Positions 9,388 through 19,836 of a DNA stretch of 59,352 nucleotides are shown one piece after another (the first letter of the stretch is position 1; the number at the start of each line of letters is the position of its first letter). This stretch comes from an uncultured bacterium (GTDB taxonomy: Bacteria; Fidelibacterota; Marinisomatia; Marinisomatales; UBA1611). Both the position numbers and the translations under genes were made by a program. Where the stretch lies: positions 1 to 59,352 of the forward strand of contig CAZPHE010000006.1 of assembly GCA_964586315.1 (NCBI GenBank), given 5' to 3'. The notes below the pieces were generated by a model. It was not told the origin of the DNA. It made no database searches and worked only from the letters and a program-made list of their open reading frames with translations.

Positions 9388-9938
9388 AAATACTTAAATC
9401 TAATTCAGTTAATGGAAATCTGCTAAATAGAGCAGTGCTAGTTTTAAATGCAAATTATTCGCCATTGACTGTTTGTACAGCAAGACGCGCTATATGCCTG
9501 GATTATTTAAAAAAAATTGATATTTTAGCTAATTATAATGAAAAGGTTCATAGCCCATCACTTTCTTTAGCATTACCAAGTGTGATTAAAATAAGAAATT
9601 ATGTTAGATATGATAATTTATCGGTTGAACTCAATAGAAAAAATATTCTTGCTAGAGATAAAAATGAGTGTCAATACTGTGGTGCTTCAAAAACACCACT
9701 AACAATTGATCATATTCTACCAAAAGGAAGAGGTGGTTATGATTCTTGGGAAAATCTAGCCACTGCTTGTAAACCGTGTAACCAAAAAAAAGGGGACCGT
9801 ATTCCTGAAGAAGCAGGAATGCCACTTAGGCGCATTCCAAAGCGTCCTAATAGGCTTCATTATTTTCAAATATTTGTTCAGGATTATCAAAAAGATTGGA
9901 AACCGTATCTTTTTATGGAACCATTTAGAGTTAATTAA
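9384..9938 (+). CDS. HNH endonuclease (McrA-like, VLVLN-type)
   Basis: VLVLNANYSPL, ILARDKNECQYCG, LTIDHILPKGRGG, WENLATACKPCNQKKG. Confidence 0.92.
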   Translation: MKILKSNSVNGNLLNRAVLVLNANYSPLTVCTARRAICLDYLKKIDILANYNEKVHSPSLSLALPSVIKIRNYVRYDNLSVELNRKNILARDKNECQYCGASKTPLTIDHILPKGRGGYDSWENLATACKPCNQKKGDRIPEEAGMPLRRIPKRPNRLHYFQIFVQDYQKDWKPYLFMEPFRVN

Positions 9939-9943
9939 TTTAT

Positions 9944-10927
9944 ATGCACCAAAAAAATAATTTACGGGTTTTAAGTGGAATTCAACCTTCAGGTTCTCTT
10001 CACCTTGGAAATTATTTTGGAATGATGTCTAGGATGATTCATTACCAAACTGAAAATGAATTATTTTGTTTTATAGCAAATTATCATGCATTAACAACTT
10101 TACCAGAGCCAGATATATTGTCATCTAATACTTATAATGCAGTTTGTGATTTTCTTGCATTGGGCTTAGATCCAGAAAAATCAACATTTTGGGTTCAATC
10201 AGACGTTTCTGAGGTTACAGAGTTAACATGGATTCTTTCATCACAAGTAACATTAGGACTAATGGATAGAGCTACATCATATAAGGATAAAATTTCCAGA
10301 GGTTTGAAATCTAATATGGGACTTTATTCTTATCCAATTTTAATGGCAGCAGATATTCTATTATTTGATACGGAAATTGTTCCTGTAGGAAAAGATCAAA
10401 AACAGCATCTTGAAATAACCAGAGATATTGCATCTAGATTTAATCATAATTTTGGTGACATATTTGTAATACCAGAAGCAGATATTAAAGAAGCAACTAA
10501 ACTTGTTCCTGGAATTGATGGTCAAAAAATGAGCAAATCATATAATAATACAATTCCAATTTTTGATTCTGATAAAAGAATTAGAAAAAGAATAATGAAA
10601 ATTATAACAGATGGTACAGATATTAATGACCCAAAAGATATAAATACGCCCTTATTTCAACTATACAGCCTATTCCTTAATGCAAAAGAGAAACAAGTAT
10701 TATCAGATCGGTATACTCAAAAAGGTTTACGTTATGGTGATATAAAACAGGAATTATTTGAAAAAGTCATGGATCATTTTCAACCTTTTAGGAAAAAAAG
10801 GCAGAAATTAGTTTCTAACCCTGATTATGTACATGATGTATTAGAATTAGGAGCAAAAAAAGCAAAGTTAATAGCTAATGAAGTTTTAGAAAGAGTCAGA
10901 TCTATTGTAGGAGTGAATTACAATTAA
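9944..10927 (+). CDS. trpS: Tryptophan--tRNA ligase
   Basis: SGIQPSGSLHLGNY (HIGH-like), YPILMAADIL, VPVGKDQKQHLE, KMSKS. Confidence 0.98.
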   Translation: MHQKNNLRVLSGIQPSGSLHLGNYFGMMSRMIHYQTENELFCFIANYHALTTLPEPDILSSNTYNAVCDFLALGLDPEKSTFWVQSDVSEVTELTWILSSQVTLGLMDRATSYKDKISRGLKSNMGLYSYPILMAADILLFDTEIVPVGKDQKQHLEITRDIASRFNHNFGDIFVIPEADIKEATKLVPGIDGQKMSKSYNNTIPIFDSDKRIRKRIMKIITDGTDINDPKDINTPLFQLYSLFLNAKEKQVLSDRYTQKGLRYGDIKQELFEKVMDHFQPFRKKRQKLVSNPDYVHDVLELGAKKAKLIANEVLERVRSIVGVNYN

Positions 10928-11655
10928 TGTCATATAGGATACAATTATCTAATTTTGAAGGTCCTTTGGATTTATTACTTTATTTTATACGTAGAGATGA
11001 ATTAGATATTTGCGATATACCTATAGCAAAGATTACAAAAGATTTTATTGATGTAATTGAAGAATGGAAACGTCTGAACATGCTGATAGCTGGAGATTTT
11101 ATTGTAATGGCCTCAACTTTAATGCGAGTTAAAGCTAAAATGATGATTCCAAGACCAGAATTAGATGATACAGGAGACATCATAGATCCCAGAACTGAAC
11201 TTATGCAGCAATTGATTGATTATAAACGTTATCGCGATGTTGCTGAAACTCTAAATGATTTAGCTTCCAAAAATGGTCATTATATTAAAAGGCAATTTGA
11301 ACAAGAATTAACAAATATTGAGGAAGATGAATTTAATTCATTGTTTAAAGATGTCACTCTTTATGACCTTGCTAAAGTTTTCAAAAAAGTAATGGAAAAT
11401 AAACCAGTGATTTCTCAATTTGAACTCAACCGAGAACCAATCAAATTAGAAAAGCAGAAAGAAATTATAATTAAGTATTTCGATGGTGAGGGAAAATTAA
11501 GATTTACAACTTTTTTAAATAAACTTAAATCTAGATTGGAAGTGATTGTAACTTTTTTGGCTGTATTAGATTTGATAAAAGAAGGTATCTGTACATTAAA
11601 TCAATCCAATGTTTTTGGAGAGATTATTTTAATACATTTAAAAATAGAAGCCTGA
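10927..11655 (+). CDS. scpA: Segregation/condensation protein A
   Basis: FEGPLDLLL N-terminus; VTFLAVLDLIKEG winged helix. Confidence 0.96.
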   Translation: MSYRIQLSNFEGPLDLLLYFIRRDELDICDIPIAKITKDFIDVIEEWKRLNMLIAGDFIVMASTLMRVKAKMMIPRPELDDTGDIIDPRTELMQQLIDYKRYRDVAETLNDLASKNGHYIKRQFEQELTNIEEDEFNSLFKDVTLYDLAKVFKKVMENKPVISQFELNREPIKLEKQKEIIIKYFDGEGKLRFTTFLNKLKSRLEVIVTFLAVLDLIKEGICTLNQSNVFGEIILIHLKIEA

Positions 11656-12278
11656 TGAATAGTACAGAAGTAAAAAAAATTATAGAGGCTTTGCTTTTTG
11701 CAAGTCCTGATCCTCTAACTCAGACAAAAGTGAATATTGTATTTAATCCCGATACATTCAATCTTAAGAAAATTATCGATGAATTAAATAAGCAATATAT
11801 TAAAGAAGATCATGCATTTGAAATACAGACGATTGCTGGTGGTTATCGATTAGTTGCAAAAATGGAATATGAGTTATTTATTCGCAGGATGCTTAATAAA
11901 ACAGGACGGTTACGTTTATCCAATGCAGCATTGGATTGTCTATCAATCATTGCATATAAACAACCAATTGGTCGATATGAGATTGAGGCAATAAGAGGTG
12001 TTGACTCCAGTGGAGTACTTAAAACACTTTTAAACCGTGATTTAATAAAAATAAAAGGTAGAGATAGCGGACCAGGTAGACCACTGTTATATAAGACAAC
12101 AATTAAATTTTTAGAATATTTTGGTCTTAACCGTTTATCTGATATGCCAAAATTAAAAGAAATTTCAGAGTTGCTAGATGCAGACCCATCTTTAGGTGAA
12201 CAAATTGCAGTTTTTCAGGATGACATTTCAGAACAAAATAATTCAGATCAACTACCACCAGAAGTAGCGCAAGGTTGA
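11655..12278 (+). CDS. scpB: SMC-Scp complex subunit ScpB
   Basis: IIEALLFAS, LSIIAYKQPI, IEAIRGV, PGRPLLYKTT, FGL..LSDMP. Confidence 0.96.
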   Translation: MNSTEVKKIIEALLFASPDPLTQTKVNIVFNPDTFNLKKIIDELNKQYIKEDHAFEIQTIAGGYRLVAKMEYELFIRRMLNKTGRLRLSNAALDCLSIIAYKQPIGRYEIEAIRGVDSSGVLKTLLNRDLIKIKGRDSGPGRPLLYKTTIKFLEYFGLNRLSDMPKLKEISELLDADPSLGEQIAVFQDDISEQNNSDQLPPEVAQG

Positions 12279-12279
12279 T

Positions 12280-12978
12280 ATGCGTTTGAATAAGTTTTTA
12301 TCTCAAGCTGGTATTGGATCTAGAAGGGAAGCTGATAAATTGATCCAAATGGCAACAACAAAAATTAATGGGGAAATTTGTATTGATCCTGCTTATAATG
12401 TAAAAAAAAAGGATATTGTTAATTTTGATGGTAAAAAGGTTTCGCCAATAAAAGAAAAAATAGTATTGATGCTTAATAAACCCAAAAGAGTTATTACAAC
12501 TGTAAAAGATACACATGGAAGAAAAACAGTAATGGATTTAATTCCTTCAAATATAAGATTAACTCCCATTGGACGCCTTGATCAAGATACTACAGGTCTT
12601 TTATTATTAACAAATGATGGTGATTTGCAAGAATATTTAACTCATCCAAAAAATCAAATTCCTAAAGTTTACCAAGCAGTTATTAAAGGGAAAATTTCAC
12701 AATTGCAAATTGAAAGACTTACAAAAGGTGTTTATATTGGCAATAAGGAATATGGTAGAGCTGAAGTTGTTGAAATTAAAATAGTAAAAGGAAGGTCGAC
12801 AATTTTGCTTCGTTTAAAACGAGGTAAAAAGAGAGAGATCAGACGTATTTTTTATAGGTTAAAATTAAATTTAGTTAATTTAAAACGTATCAGTATTTCA
12901 AAACTTAAATTAGGTAACCTTGAAATAGGATGTTATAGATTACTAACAAAAAAAGAAATTAATCTACTTAGGAATTAA
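12280..12978 (+). CDS. rluB: 23S rRNA pseudouridine synthase (RluB/RsuA family)
   Basis: RLNKFLSQAGIGSRREAD S4 domain; PIGRLDQDTTGLLLLTNDG catalytic motif; follows scpAB. Confidence 0.9.
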   Translation: MRLNKFLSQAGIGSRREADKLIQMATTKINGEICIDPAYNVKKKDIVNFDGKKVSPIKEKIVLMLNKPKRVITTVKDTHGRKTVMDLIPSNIRLTPIGRLDQDTTGLLLLTNDGDLQEYLTHPKNQIPKVYQAVIKGKISQLQIERLTKGVYIGNKEYGRAEVVEIKIVKGRSTILLRLKRGKKREIRRIFYRLKLNLVNLKRISISKLKLGNLEIGCYRLLTKKEINLLRN

Positions 12979-13068
12979 GAGGATATATAAATTTTTCAAG
13001 ATCTTTTCTTCATTATGAATTTATTACAATAAAAGGTAATATTGCCGGCTTATTGAGAGTTTAATCCC

Positions 13069-13716
13069 ATGATAATCGCTATTGATGGACCATCAGGATC
13101 TGGAAAGAGTACCACAGCAAGAGGAGTTGCAAAACGCTTGGCTATCACTTACTTGGATACTGGCGCAATGTATCGTGCAGTGACTTGGGGTTTGATAGAT
13201 GCTAATATTGATCCTATTGATAAGGTAAAAGTTTCTAATTTTCTTGAAGGTTTGGAAATTAAATTTGATTCATCAAATAATATCTGGTTGAATGGGAAGG
13301 ATATTTCTATGGAAATCAGAACAAAAAAAATTTCATCAAAAGTAAGCACAATAAGTGCCTTACCTAAAATAAGGGAAAAAATGGTTAAAATCCAAAGGGA
13401 GATTGCAGAGGGAAATGATTGTATTTTAGAAGGACGTGATATTGGCACTATAGTTTTTCCAGATGCTGATTTTAAGTTTTTTTTAGTAGCAGATAAAAAA
13501 ATACGGGCTAAGCGAAGAATGATGGATTTTAAAAATCTTGGAGAAAGCGCTGAAATATCTGAAGTATTAGCTGATCTTGAAAAAAGAGATGCATTTGATT
13601 CAACGCGGATTCATTCTCCCTTGAAAAGGGCAACAGATGCAATAAAAATTGATACATCTCATATCACAATTGATAAGCAAATTGATAAAATAGTTAACTT
13701 AATTAATAAAAAATAA
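13069..13716 (+). CDS. cmk: Cytidylate kinase
   Basis: IAIDGPSGSGKST, YLDTGAMYRA, EGRDIGT. Confidence 0.97.
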   Translation: MIIAIDGPSGSGKSTTARGVAKRLAITYLDTGAMYRAVTWGLIDANIDPIDKVKVSNFLEGLEIKFDSSNNIWLNGKDISMEIRTKKISSKVSTISALPKIREKMVKIQREIAEGNDCILEGRDIGTIVFPDADFKFFLVADKKIRAKRRMMDFKNLGESAEISEVLADLEKRDAFDSTRIHSPLKRATDAIKIDTSHITIDKQIDKIVNLINKK

Positions 13717-13737
13717 AAACATGAGGAACATCGAAGT

Positions 13738-15681
13738 ATGTTTGAAAAACAGAATGAAGAAAATGTAGTTGAAGAGGTTTTAGATAAATATGAAACAGAT
13801 AATGATGAAAAAAAAACCAGCGTTGAAGATGCGCCTGCTACTGAAAATGTTACAGAATTAACAGATTATTTAAATCCTGATCTTTTTAAGGATATTAAAG
13901 TTTTAAATAATGATGAACTTTTAGAAGAACAATCTGATGAGAAAATAAGTGGTGAACTTGAAAAGTTATATTCAAGTACTTTTGCAGATATATCAGAAAA
14001 CACCTTGATAGAGGGTCGTGTAGTAGGAATGAATGAAAAAGATGTATTGATAGATATTGGATTTAAATCTGAAGGAATAATAGATAGAAATGAATTTAAT
14101 GAAAAGGAATTGCCAAAGATTGGTGATCAAGTTGAAGTATATCTGGAGTTTATTGAAGATGCTAGTGGAAATACAATTCTTTCAAAAGAAAAAGCAGATT
14201 TTATGCGCCGCTGGAAGGAATTGAATGATGCTTTTGATAATGAAAAAATAATTAAGGGAACAATTGTTCGTCGAATCAAAGGTGGCCTAATTGTAGATTT
14301 GGGTGTTGTCCAAGCATTTTTACCCGGTTCCCAAGTTGATGTACGACCCATCCAGGACTTTGATATTTATTTAGAAAAAGAAATTGAACTTCGAATTGTA
14401 AAATTTAATGAAGCTCGAAAGAATATTGTTGTATCGCATAAAATTATCCTAGAAGATAGTCTTAAAGAACAGAGAGAAGCATTATTTAAAGAACTTGAAG
14501 TTGGCTCAATAATGGAAGGTAGAGTTAAAAATATTACAGATTTTGGTGTTTTTGTAGATCTAGGTGGTATAGATGGATTATTGCATATTACAGATCTTTC
14601 ATGGGGAAGAGTCAATCATCCTTCTGAATTACTAGAACTTAATGATGCAATTACTGTTAAAGTCATAGAATATGATGAAGAAAGAAAAAGAGTATCTTTA
14701 GGTCTAAAACAACTTAGTCCTCATCCATGGGAAGATGTTGAGATAAAATTTCCTATAGGTAATGTAGTTAAAGGAAAAGTTGTAAGTCTTACAAATTATG
14801 GTTGTTTTATTGAATTGGAACCGGGTATTGAAGGATTAATTCATCATTCAGAAATTTCATGGACAAAACATATAAAAAACCCATCAGAAGTATATTCTAT
14901 GGGTGATGAAGTAGATGCTAAGGTACTATCAATTGATATTGATGAAAGGAAAATAAGTTTAGGAGTGAAACAACTTACACCAGACCCATGGGTAGAAATT
15001 GAAGAAAAGTACATGGTTGGTACAGTGCATAAAGTAATGGTAAAAAACTTAACTCAATTTGGAGCTTTTGCAGAGTTAGAAGAGGAGATCGATGGATTAA
15101 TACATGTTTCAGATATGTCTTGGACTAAAGTTGTGAAACACCCTAAAGAAATAGTTGAAAAAGGTCAAGAAATTGAAGTGAGGATATTAGAAATTTCCAA
15201 GGAAAACAGGAGAATTTCTTTAGGCTATCGTCAAGTAAAAGATGATCCGTGGCCTGAATTAGTGAACTATTTTGATGTTGGAAAAGAAGTCAGTGGTGAA
15301 ATAATCCGTATACTTGATAAAGGTATTATTATCAAATTGGAACATGAAGTAGAAGGTATAATTCCTTTTGGTAAAATGTCAAAAAAAGATAGAAAATCTC
15401 TCGCAAATCAATATGAAGTCGGAGCAAATTTATCTGGTATTGTAATGAAAGTTTCTCCAGAAGATAAAAAAGTAATTCTGTATAAGGAAGAACTTGCGGG
15501 GATAGCGAAAAGAACATCTGCGAATGATGAGGTTAAACAATATCTTAATAATCAAAATACTGATTCAGGAGCAAAACTAGAATTGCCACAAGAATTATTA
15601 GATTTAGCTAGTCAGGCAGAGAAAGAAACTGTAGATGATGCATCCGAAAAAAAAGACTCTAAACCTAAAAAAGAGACCTAA
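13738..15681 (+). CDS. rpsA: 30S ribosomal protein S1
   Basis: Six S1 repeats (VKNITDFGVFVDLGGIDGLLH etc.); downstream of cmk; SD GAGGA. Confidence 0.98.
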   Translation: MFEKQNEENVVEEVLDKYETDNDEKKTSVEDAPATENVTELTDYLNPDLFKDIKVLNNDELLEEQSDEKISGELEKLYSSTFADISENTLIEGRVVGMNEKDVLIDIGFKSEGIIDRNEFNEKELPKIGDQVEVYLEFIEDASGNTILSKEKADFMRRWKELNDAFDNEKIIKGTIVRRIKGGLIVDLGVVQAFLPGSQVDVRPIQDFDIYLEKEIELRIVKFNEARKNIVVSHKIILEDSLKEQREALFKELEVGSIMEGRVKNITDFGVFVDLGGIDGLLHITDLSWGRVNHPSELLELNDAITVKVIEYDEERKRVSLGLKQLSPHPWEDVEIKFPIGNVVKGKVVSLTNYGCFIELEPGIEGLIHHSEISWTKHIKNPSEVYSMGDEVDAKVLSIDIDERKISLGVKQLTPDPWVEIEEKYMVGTVHKVMVKNLTQFGAFAELEEEIDGLIHVSDMSWTKVVKHPKEIVEKGQEIEVRILEISKENRRISLGYRQVKDDPWPELVNYFDVGKEVSGEIIRILDKGIIIKLEHEVEGIIPFGKMSKKDRKSLANQYEVGANLSGIVMKVSPEDKKVILYKEELAGIAKRTSANDEVKQYLNNQNTDSGAKLELPQELLDLASQAEKETVDDASEKKDSKPKKET

Positions 15682-15708
15682 TTTCTTGGCAAGGAGTGTA
15701 TCCATTCC

Positions 15709-16686
15709 TTGAATGTAAAAATAAAAATAGATTCTTTATTGAAGCAAAGAGTCGCTATGTCTTTAGTTGCATTTGGGCTAGCTCTTCTTCTTTGGATTTT
15801 TGTTGTATCTAAAAACGAATATACTATGGTCTTGGATTTACCTATCGAGGCAAGAAATCTTAGTGTACAAAAAGCACATAAAGAAGAAGTCCCTCCTTTT
15901 GCTTCCGTTCGACTTAGAGGTACGGGAAGAGATTTGTTTAAGTCATTTTTATTAAAAAATTTTGCGCGATTTAAATTAGTTTTAGACTTAGAAGGTATCT
16001 CACAGGAATATGAATTCAATTTAAATGAATATTTTGAAAAATATCCAAGAAAAGTTGTTTTACCTTTGAATTATAATGTTTCTTTTGTAGAAGTTGTTTA
16101 TCCAAATCGTATTAAGATTAGTTTAGATGAATATCGATTGAAAAAAGTCCCTATTTTATCAAATATATTAATCATACCTGCACCAGGATATATGTTAGTA
16201 GGAAATCCTAAAATCAACCCCCACGAATTAGAGATTGCGGGTCCAAAGGAAGAATTAGCATTGATAAATCATGTTGAAACTGTATTTGATACAATTAGTG
16301 GAATAGTTTTTCCATATTCAGGGATAGTTGCTTTAGAGTCGTTTGGAAGATTAATTAAATTTTCACAAGAAGAAATTAATATAAACTTTGAAATACAGGA
16401 GATTAGTGAAAGAATTATAGCAGATATACCCGTAGTTATTGAAAATATACCTGAAAAAATAAGGGTATTCCCTTCGCCTCAGACTGTATCTTTAACAATA
16501 GTTGGAGGTATTAAAAGAATCACTGCTATCAATCCTGATGAAATAAATGTTGTTATTGATTTTAATAGATGGAATTATCAAATACAGTTTTATGAACCTA
16601 TAGTAAAAATACCATCAGATATTCTAAGCTGGAGAGATATATCACCGAAAAATCTTGAAATTGCTGTCGCTCGTGAAATAAGATGA
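15709..16686 (+). CDS. YbbR/CdaR-like membrane-anchored protein
   Basis: N-terminal TM (ALLLWIFVVS) followed by YbbR-like repeats (V.LRG.G, P..I.I.GP, P.TVSLTIVGG). Confidence 0.7.
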   Translation: MNVKIKIDSLLKQRVAMSLVAFGLALLLWIFVVSKNEYTMVLDLPIEARNLSVQKAHKEEVPPFASVRLRGTGRDLFKSFLLKNFARFKLVLDLEGISQEYEFNLNEYFEKYPRKVVLPLNYNVSFVEVVYPNRIKISLDEYRLKKVPILSNILIIPAPGYMLVGNPKINPHELEIAGPKEELALINHVETVFDTISGIVFPYSGIVALESFGRLIKFSQEEININFEIQEISERIIADIPVVIENIPEKIRVFPSPQTVSLTIVGGIKRITAINPDEINVVIDFNRWNYQIQFYEPIVKIPSDILSWRDISPKNLEIAVAREIR

Positions 16687-17678
16687 CTATTCTAGGTATT
16701 GAAACATCTTGTGATGAAACTGCAGCATCAGTCTGTAGAGGAGAAAAGATAATTTCAAGTATTGTTAATCAACAAAATATTCATAAAGGTTTTGGTGGTG
16801 TGGTTCCAGAAATTGCATCTAGAGAGCATGAAGTATTATTAAATAGTGTTGTAGATCGATCTGTAAGTGATGCAAATATAGATCTTACCGATCTTGATGC
16901 AATTGCGGTAACTCAGGGACCGGGTTTAACTGGTTCACTCTTAACAGGAATTACTTTTGCTAAAGGATTAGGAATTGGTTTGGGAATTCCAGTAATCCCT
17001 ATAAACCATCTTGAAGGTCATATCTTTGCTAATTTTTTAGCAGATAAAACATTGGAATTTCCTTTTGTTTGTCTTCTAGTTTCTGGCGGTCATACTCAAC
17101 TTTGGTATATAAAAGAAATGGAAGAATATGAATTGTTAGGAGAAACAAGAGACGATGCAGCAGGAGAAGCATTTGATAAAGGTGCTAGAATATTTGGATT
17201 AGGATATCCTGGTGGACCTGAGATTGAAAAAGAAGCAAAAGGTGGAGATCCGTATAAAATTCAATTTCCAAGAAGTTTACTGGGGGAAAATAGTTTAGAA
17301 TTCAGTTTTAGCGGCTTGAAAACATCCTTATTGTATTATATGGATGGTTTCATTGAAAATTCATGTATTCAAAAAAAAGATGTTATTGCTAGCTATCAGC
17401 AGACCATCATAGATATTTTAATAGAAAAAGTAAAAAGAGCAATATTAAAGATGAAGGTGGATACTTGTGTAATTGCAGGTGGAGTTGCCGCTAATCAAAG
17501 TTTGAGAAAACAATTAAATGTTTGCTTATCAAATACTAAAATCATATTTCCTTCTTTAAAACTTTGTACTGATAATGCAGCAATGATTAGCTATTTAGGT
17601 GCATTAAAAATGAAAAAAAGTGTAAATAATTCAATGGGATTTAGTGCATCACCCAATTTAAAGTTAGTCTCATCTTGA
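16683..17678 (+). CDS. tsaD: tRNA N6-threonylcarbamoyladenosine synthesis protein TsaD
   Basis: LGIETSCDETAA, GGVVPEIASREH, NHLEGH, SGGHT, DDAAGEAFDK, CTDNAAMI. Confidence 0.98.
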   Translation: MTILGIETSCDETAASVCRGEKIISSIVNQQNIHKGFGGVVPEIASREHEVLLNSVVDRSVSDANIDLTDLDAIAVTQGPGLTGSLLTGITFAKGLGIGLGIPVIPINHLEGHIFANFLADKTLEFPFVCLLVSGGHTQLWYIKEMEEYELLGETRDDAAGEAFDKGARIFGLGYPGGPEIEKEAKGGDPYKIQFPRSLLGENSLEFSFSGLKTSLLYYMDGFIENSCIQKKDVIASYQQTIIDILIEKVKRAILKMKVDTCVIAGGVAANQSLRKQLNVCLSNTKIIFPSLKLCTDNAAMISYLGALKMKKSVNNSMGFSASPNLKLVSS

Positions 17679-19780
17679 AATTTGAATTTGCTGATCCTAA
17701 TCAATTGTTTTGGTTGTCATTTATTTTATGGCTTTTACTAATCTATATTGGTTTATCTAAATCATTATCTATAAATAAAATACGAGTCACAATAATTTTA
17801 CGTATAATCTCTGTTGGAGTTATTGTTTTTCTTTTTTTAGAACCAAAATTAAATTTTTTAAATATAAGTAAACATGATTTGGATTGGCATATTTATGTTG
17901 ACCGATCATTAAGTATGGCATATCATAAAAATCCATCGGTGGGTTCTTTAGTCTCTGGAATAGATGAAATTATAGATAAACTGAATAGTAAAATGGTTAA
18001 AACAAAAATTTATGGTTTTGGCTCTAAGTTAGACACAAATTGGATATATGGTGAAAAAAATATTCAAGATGGTTCCACTAGTATTGGAGAAGTATTTAAC
18101 CATTTAAAATCAAATAAAAATAATAAAATAGCAGGTTCGATATTAATTACAGATGGTCAAATCAATCTCGGTCCAGAAATTCCTAATAAACATTTGGATG
18201 ATGTAAAACCTATTTATGTTTTAGGTATTGGAGATAACAGTCCATTTGTTGATATCTCTATCCAATCAATTGATGCACCACCTGTAATTATCAAAGGAGA
18301 AAATGCAGAGCTAGAAGTAATGATTGCTTCAAGTGGTAATGTTAATCAAAAACTAAACATTATGTTATATTCTGAAAAAAAATTATTAGGCTCTAAAATC
18401 ATTACAGTATCTGGGGAAGGGAGTCTAGAACGTGTAAGATTTATGATTAATCCTGATCATACAGGTGAAATGCAATATAAGGTACAAGTTAATGCTCTTC
18501 CTGATGAAATTAATATTGAGAATAATAAACAAGTTGTATCCATACAAGTTTTAAAAAATTTATATAGAATTGCGATTATTACTGGTGCACCAAATTTTAA
18601 TACGCAAATCATAAAAAAAATTGTAGCTATGAATTCAAAATTTGAATTCGATCATTTTGTTTTTCAGCCTGATGGGTACTCAGAACCATTAAAGAAATTT
18701 TGGGATACAAAATATGATCTTATCATTTTTGATAATAATCCTGTTCAAATTAATTCAAAAGAATGGGCTTCGTATATAAGGGTATTCGCAAAAAAAATCT
18801 TATCTCAAAAAACAAGCTTAGCGATTGTTGTTGGACATGATATGAATAAGGAAATTTTTCAATCTTATTTAAATCTAATGGATTTAAATGTAAAAGAATC
18901 AGTAATTGAACTTCATTCAGATTATCAATGGGAATTAACTTCTAATTGGGAATCGTTTTTCCCTTTCTATAGTGATGAAATAGGAAATAAAAAATTATTT
19001 AATTATCCACCGTTATTTATAGATATGGAAATAGATTCATTAGGTGGTACAGTATTAGCAAATTTTTTGATATCAGAGATGGAAGTACCATTACTAATAT
19101 TGGCAGAAAAAGCACCACTTAGATATATGGTGTGGACATCACCTGATTTATATCAATTATATTATAAAACACAAAATACAGAATATAAAGACTTCTCAAA
19201 TCAAATTTTACAACCTGTTTTTTCATGGTTAACTAGAACAAGTAATGAAAAAGATTTTTATTTTAGATCAAGTAAAAATTCATATCAACAAGGGGAACAG
19301 GTATCAATAAAAGGGAAGCCAGTTAGAAATAATCAAATCACAACTGAAGGGTTTATCCATATTTATAATAATGGATCTTTAATTAACACAAAAAAACTAA
19401 CTTATAATAAAGATGAAGGTTTATATATTGGTCAATTTTGGGCATCTGAATCAGGGAAGTTAGATTATAATATAGAATTAATCTATGGAGATAATTCTAT
19501 GATCGTTAGTAAAGGTTATGTACAGGTACAAGAAAGTCAAATAGAACTAAATAATGTTTTTTTAAATAAATATCCCTTAAAGAAGTTAGCAGAAATTACA
19601 CGTGGTGGTTTTTATCATTGGGACGATAAAACAGCCTTAATTAATCAAATTAATAAAAAATCTAAAGATGAAATAATTCACTCAAGAGTTATCCTTTATA
19701 AAAATAAAATAATCTTTTTTATTTTATTAATATTACTAACTGTGGAATGGATACTTAGAAGAAGGCTAGGTATGCTTTAA
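17675..19780 (+). CDS. vWA-domain membrane protein (FCB-type)
   Basis: Two N-terminal TMs, MIDAS-like VDRSLSM and ITDGQ, Ig-like and GATase-like middle regions, C-terminal TM ending EWILRRRLGML. Confidence 0.65.
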   Translation: MKFEFADPNQLFWLSFILWLLLIYIGLSKSLSINKIRVTIILRIISVGVIVFLFLEPKLNFLNISKHDLDWHIYVDRSLSMAYHKNPSVGSLVSGIDEIIDKLNSKMVKTKIYGFGSKLDTNWIYGEKNIQDGSTSIGEVFNHLKSNKNNKIAGSILITDGQINLGPEIPNKHLDDVKPIYVLGIGDNSPFVDISIQSIDAPPVIIKGENAELEVMIASSGNVNQKLNIMLYSEKKLLGSKIITVSGEGSLERVRFMINPDHTGEMQYKVQVNALPDEINIENNKQVVSIQVLKNLYRIAIITGAPNFNTQIIKKIVAMNSKFEFDHFVFQPDGYSEPLKKFWDTKYDLIIFDNNPVQINSKEWASYIRVFAKKILSQKTSLAIVVGHDMNKEIFQSYLNLMDLNVKESVIELHSDYQWELTSNWESFFPFYSDEIGNKKLFNYPPLFIDMEIDSLGGTVLANFLISEMEVPLLILAEKAPLRYMVWTSPDLYQLYYKTQNTEYKDFSNQILQPVFSWLTRTSNEKDFYFRSSKNSYQQGEQVSIKGKPVRNNQITTEGFIHIYNNGSLINTKKLTYNKDEGLYIGQFWASESGKLDYNIELIYGDNSMIVSKGYVQVQESQIELNNVFLNKYPLKKLAEITRGGFYHWDDKTALINQINKKSKDEIIHSRVILYKNKIIFFILLILLTVEWILRRRLGML

Positions 19781-19836
19781 CTATTTGGAACAAATAAACC
19801 ATTATGTAATTTTAGTTTAAGAAAGGAAAAATTATT

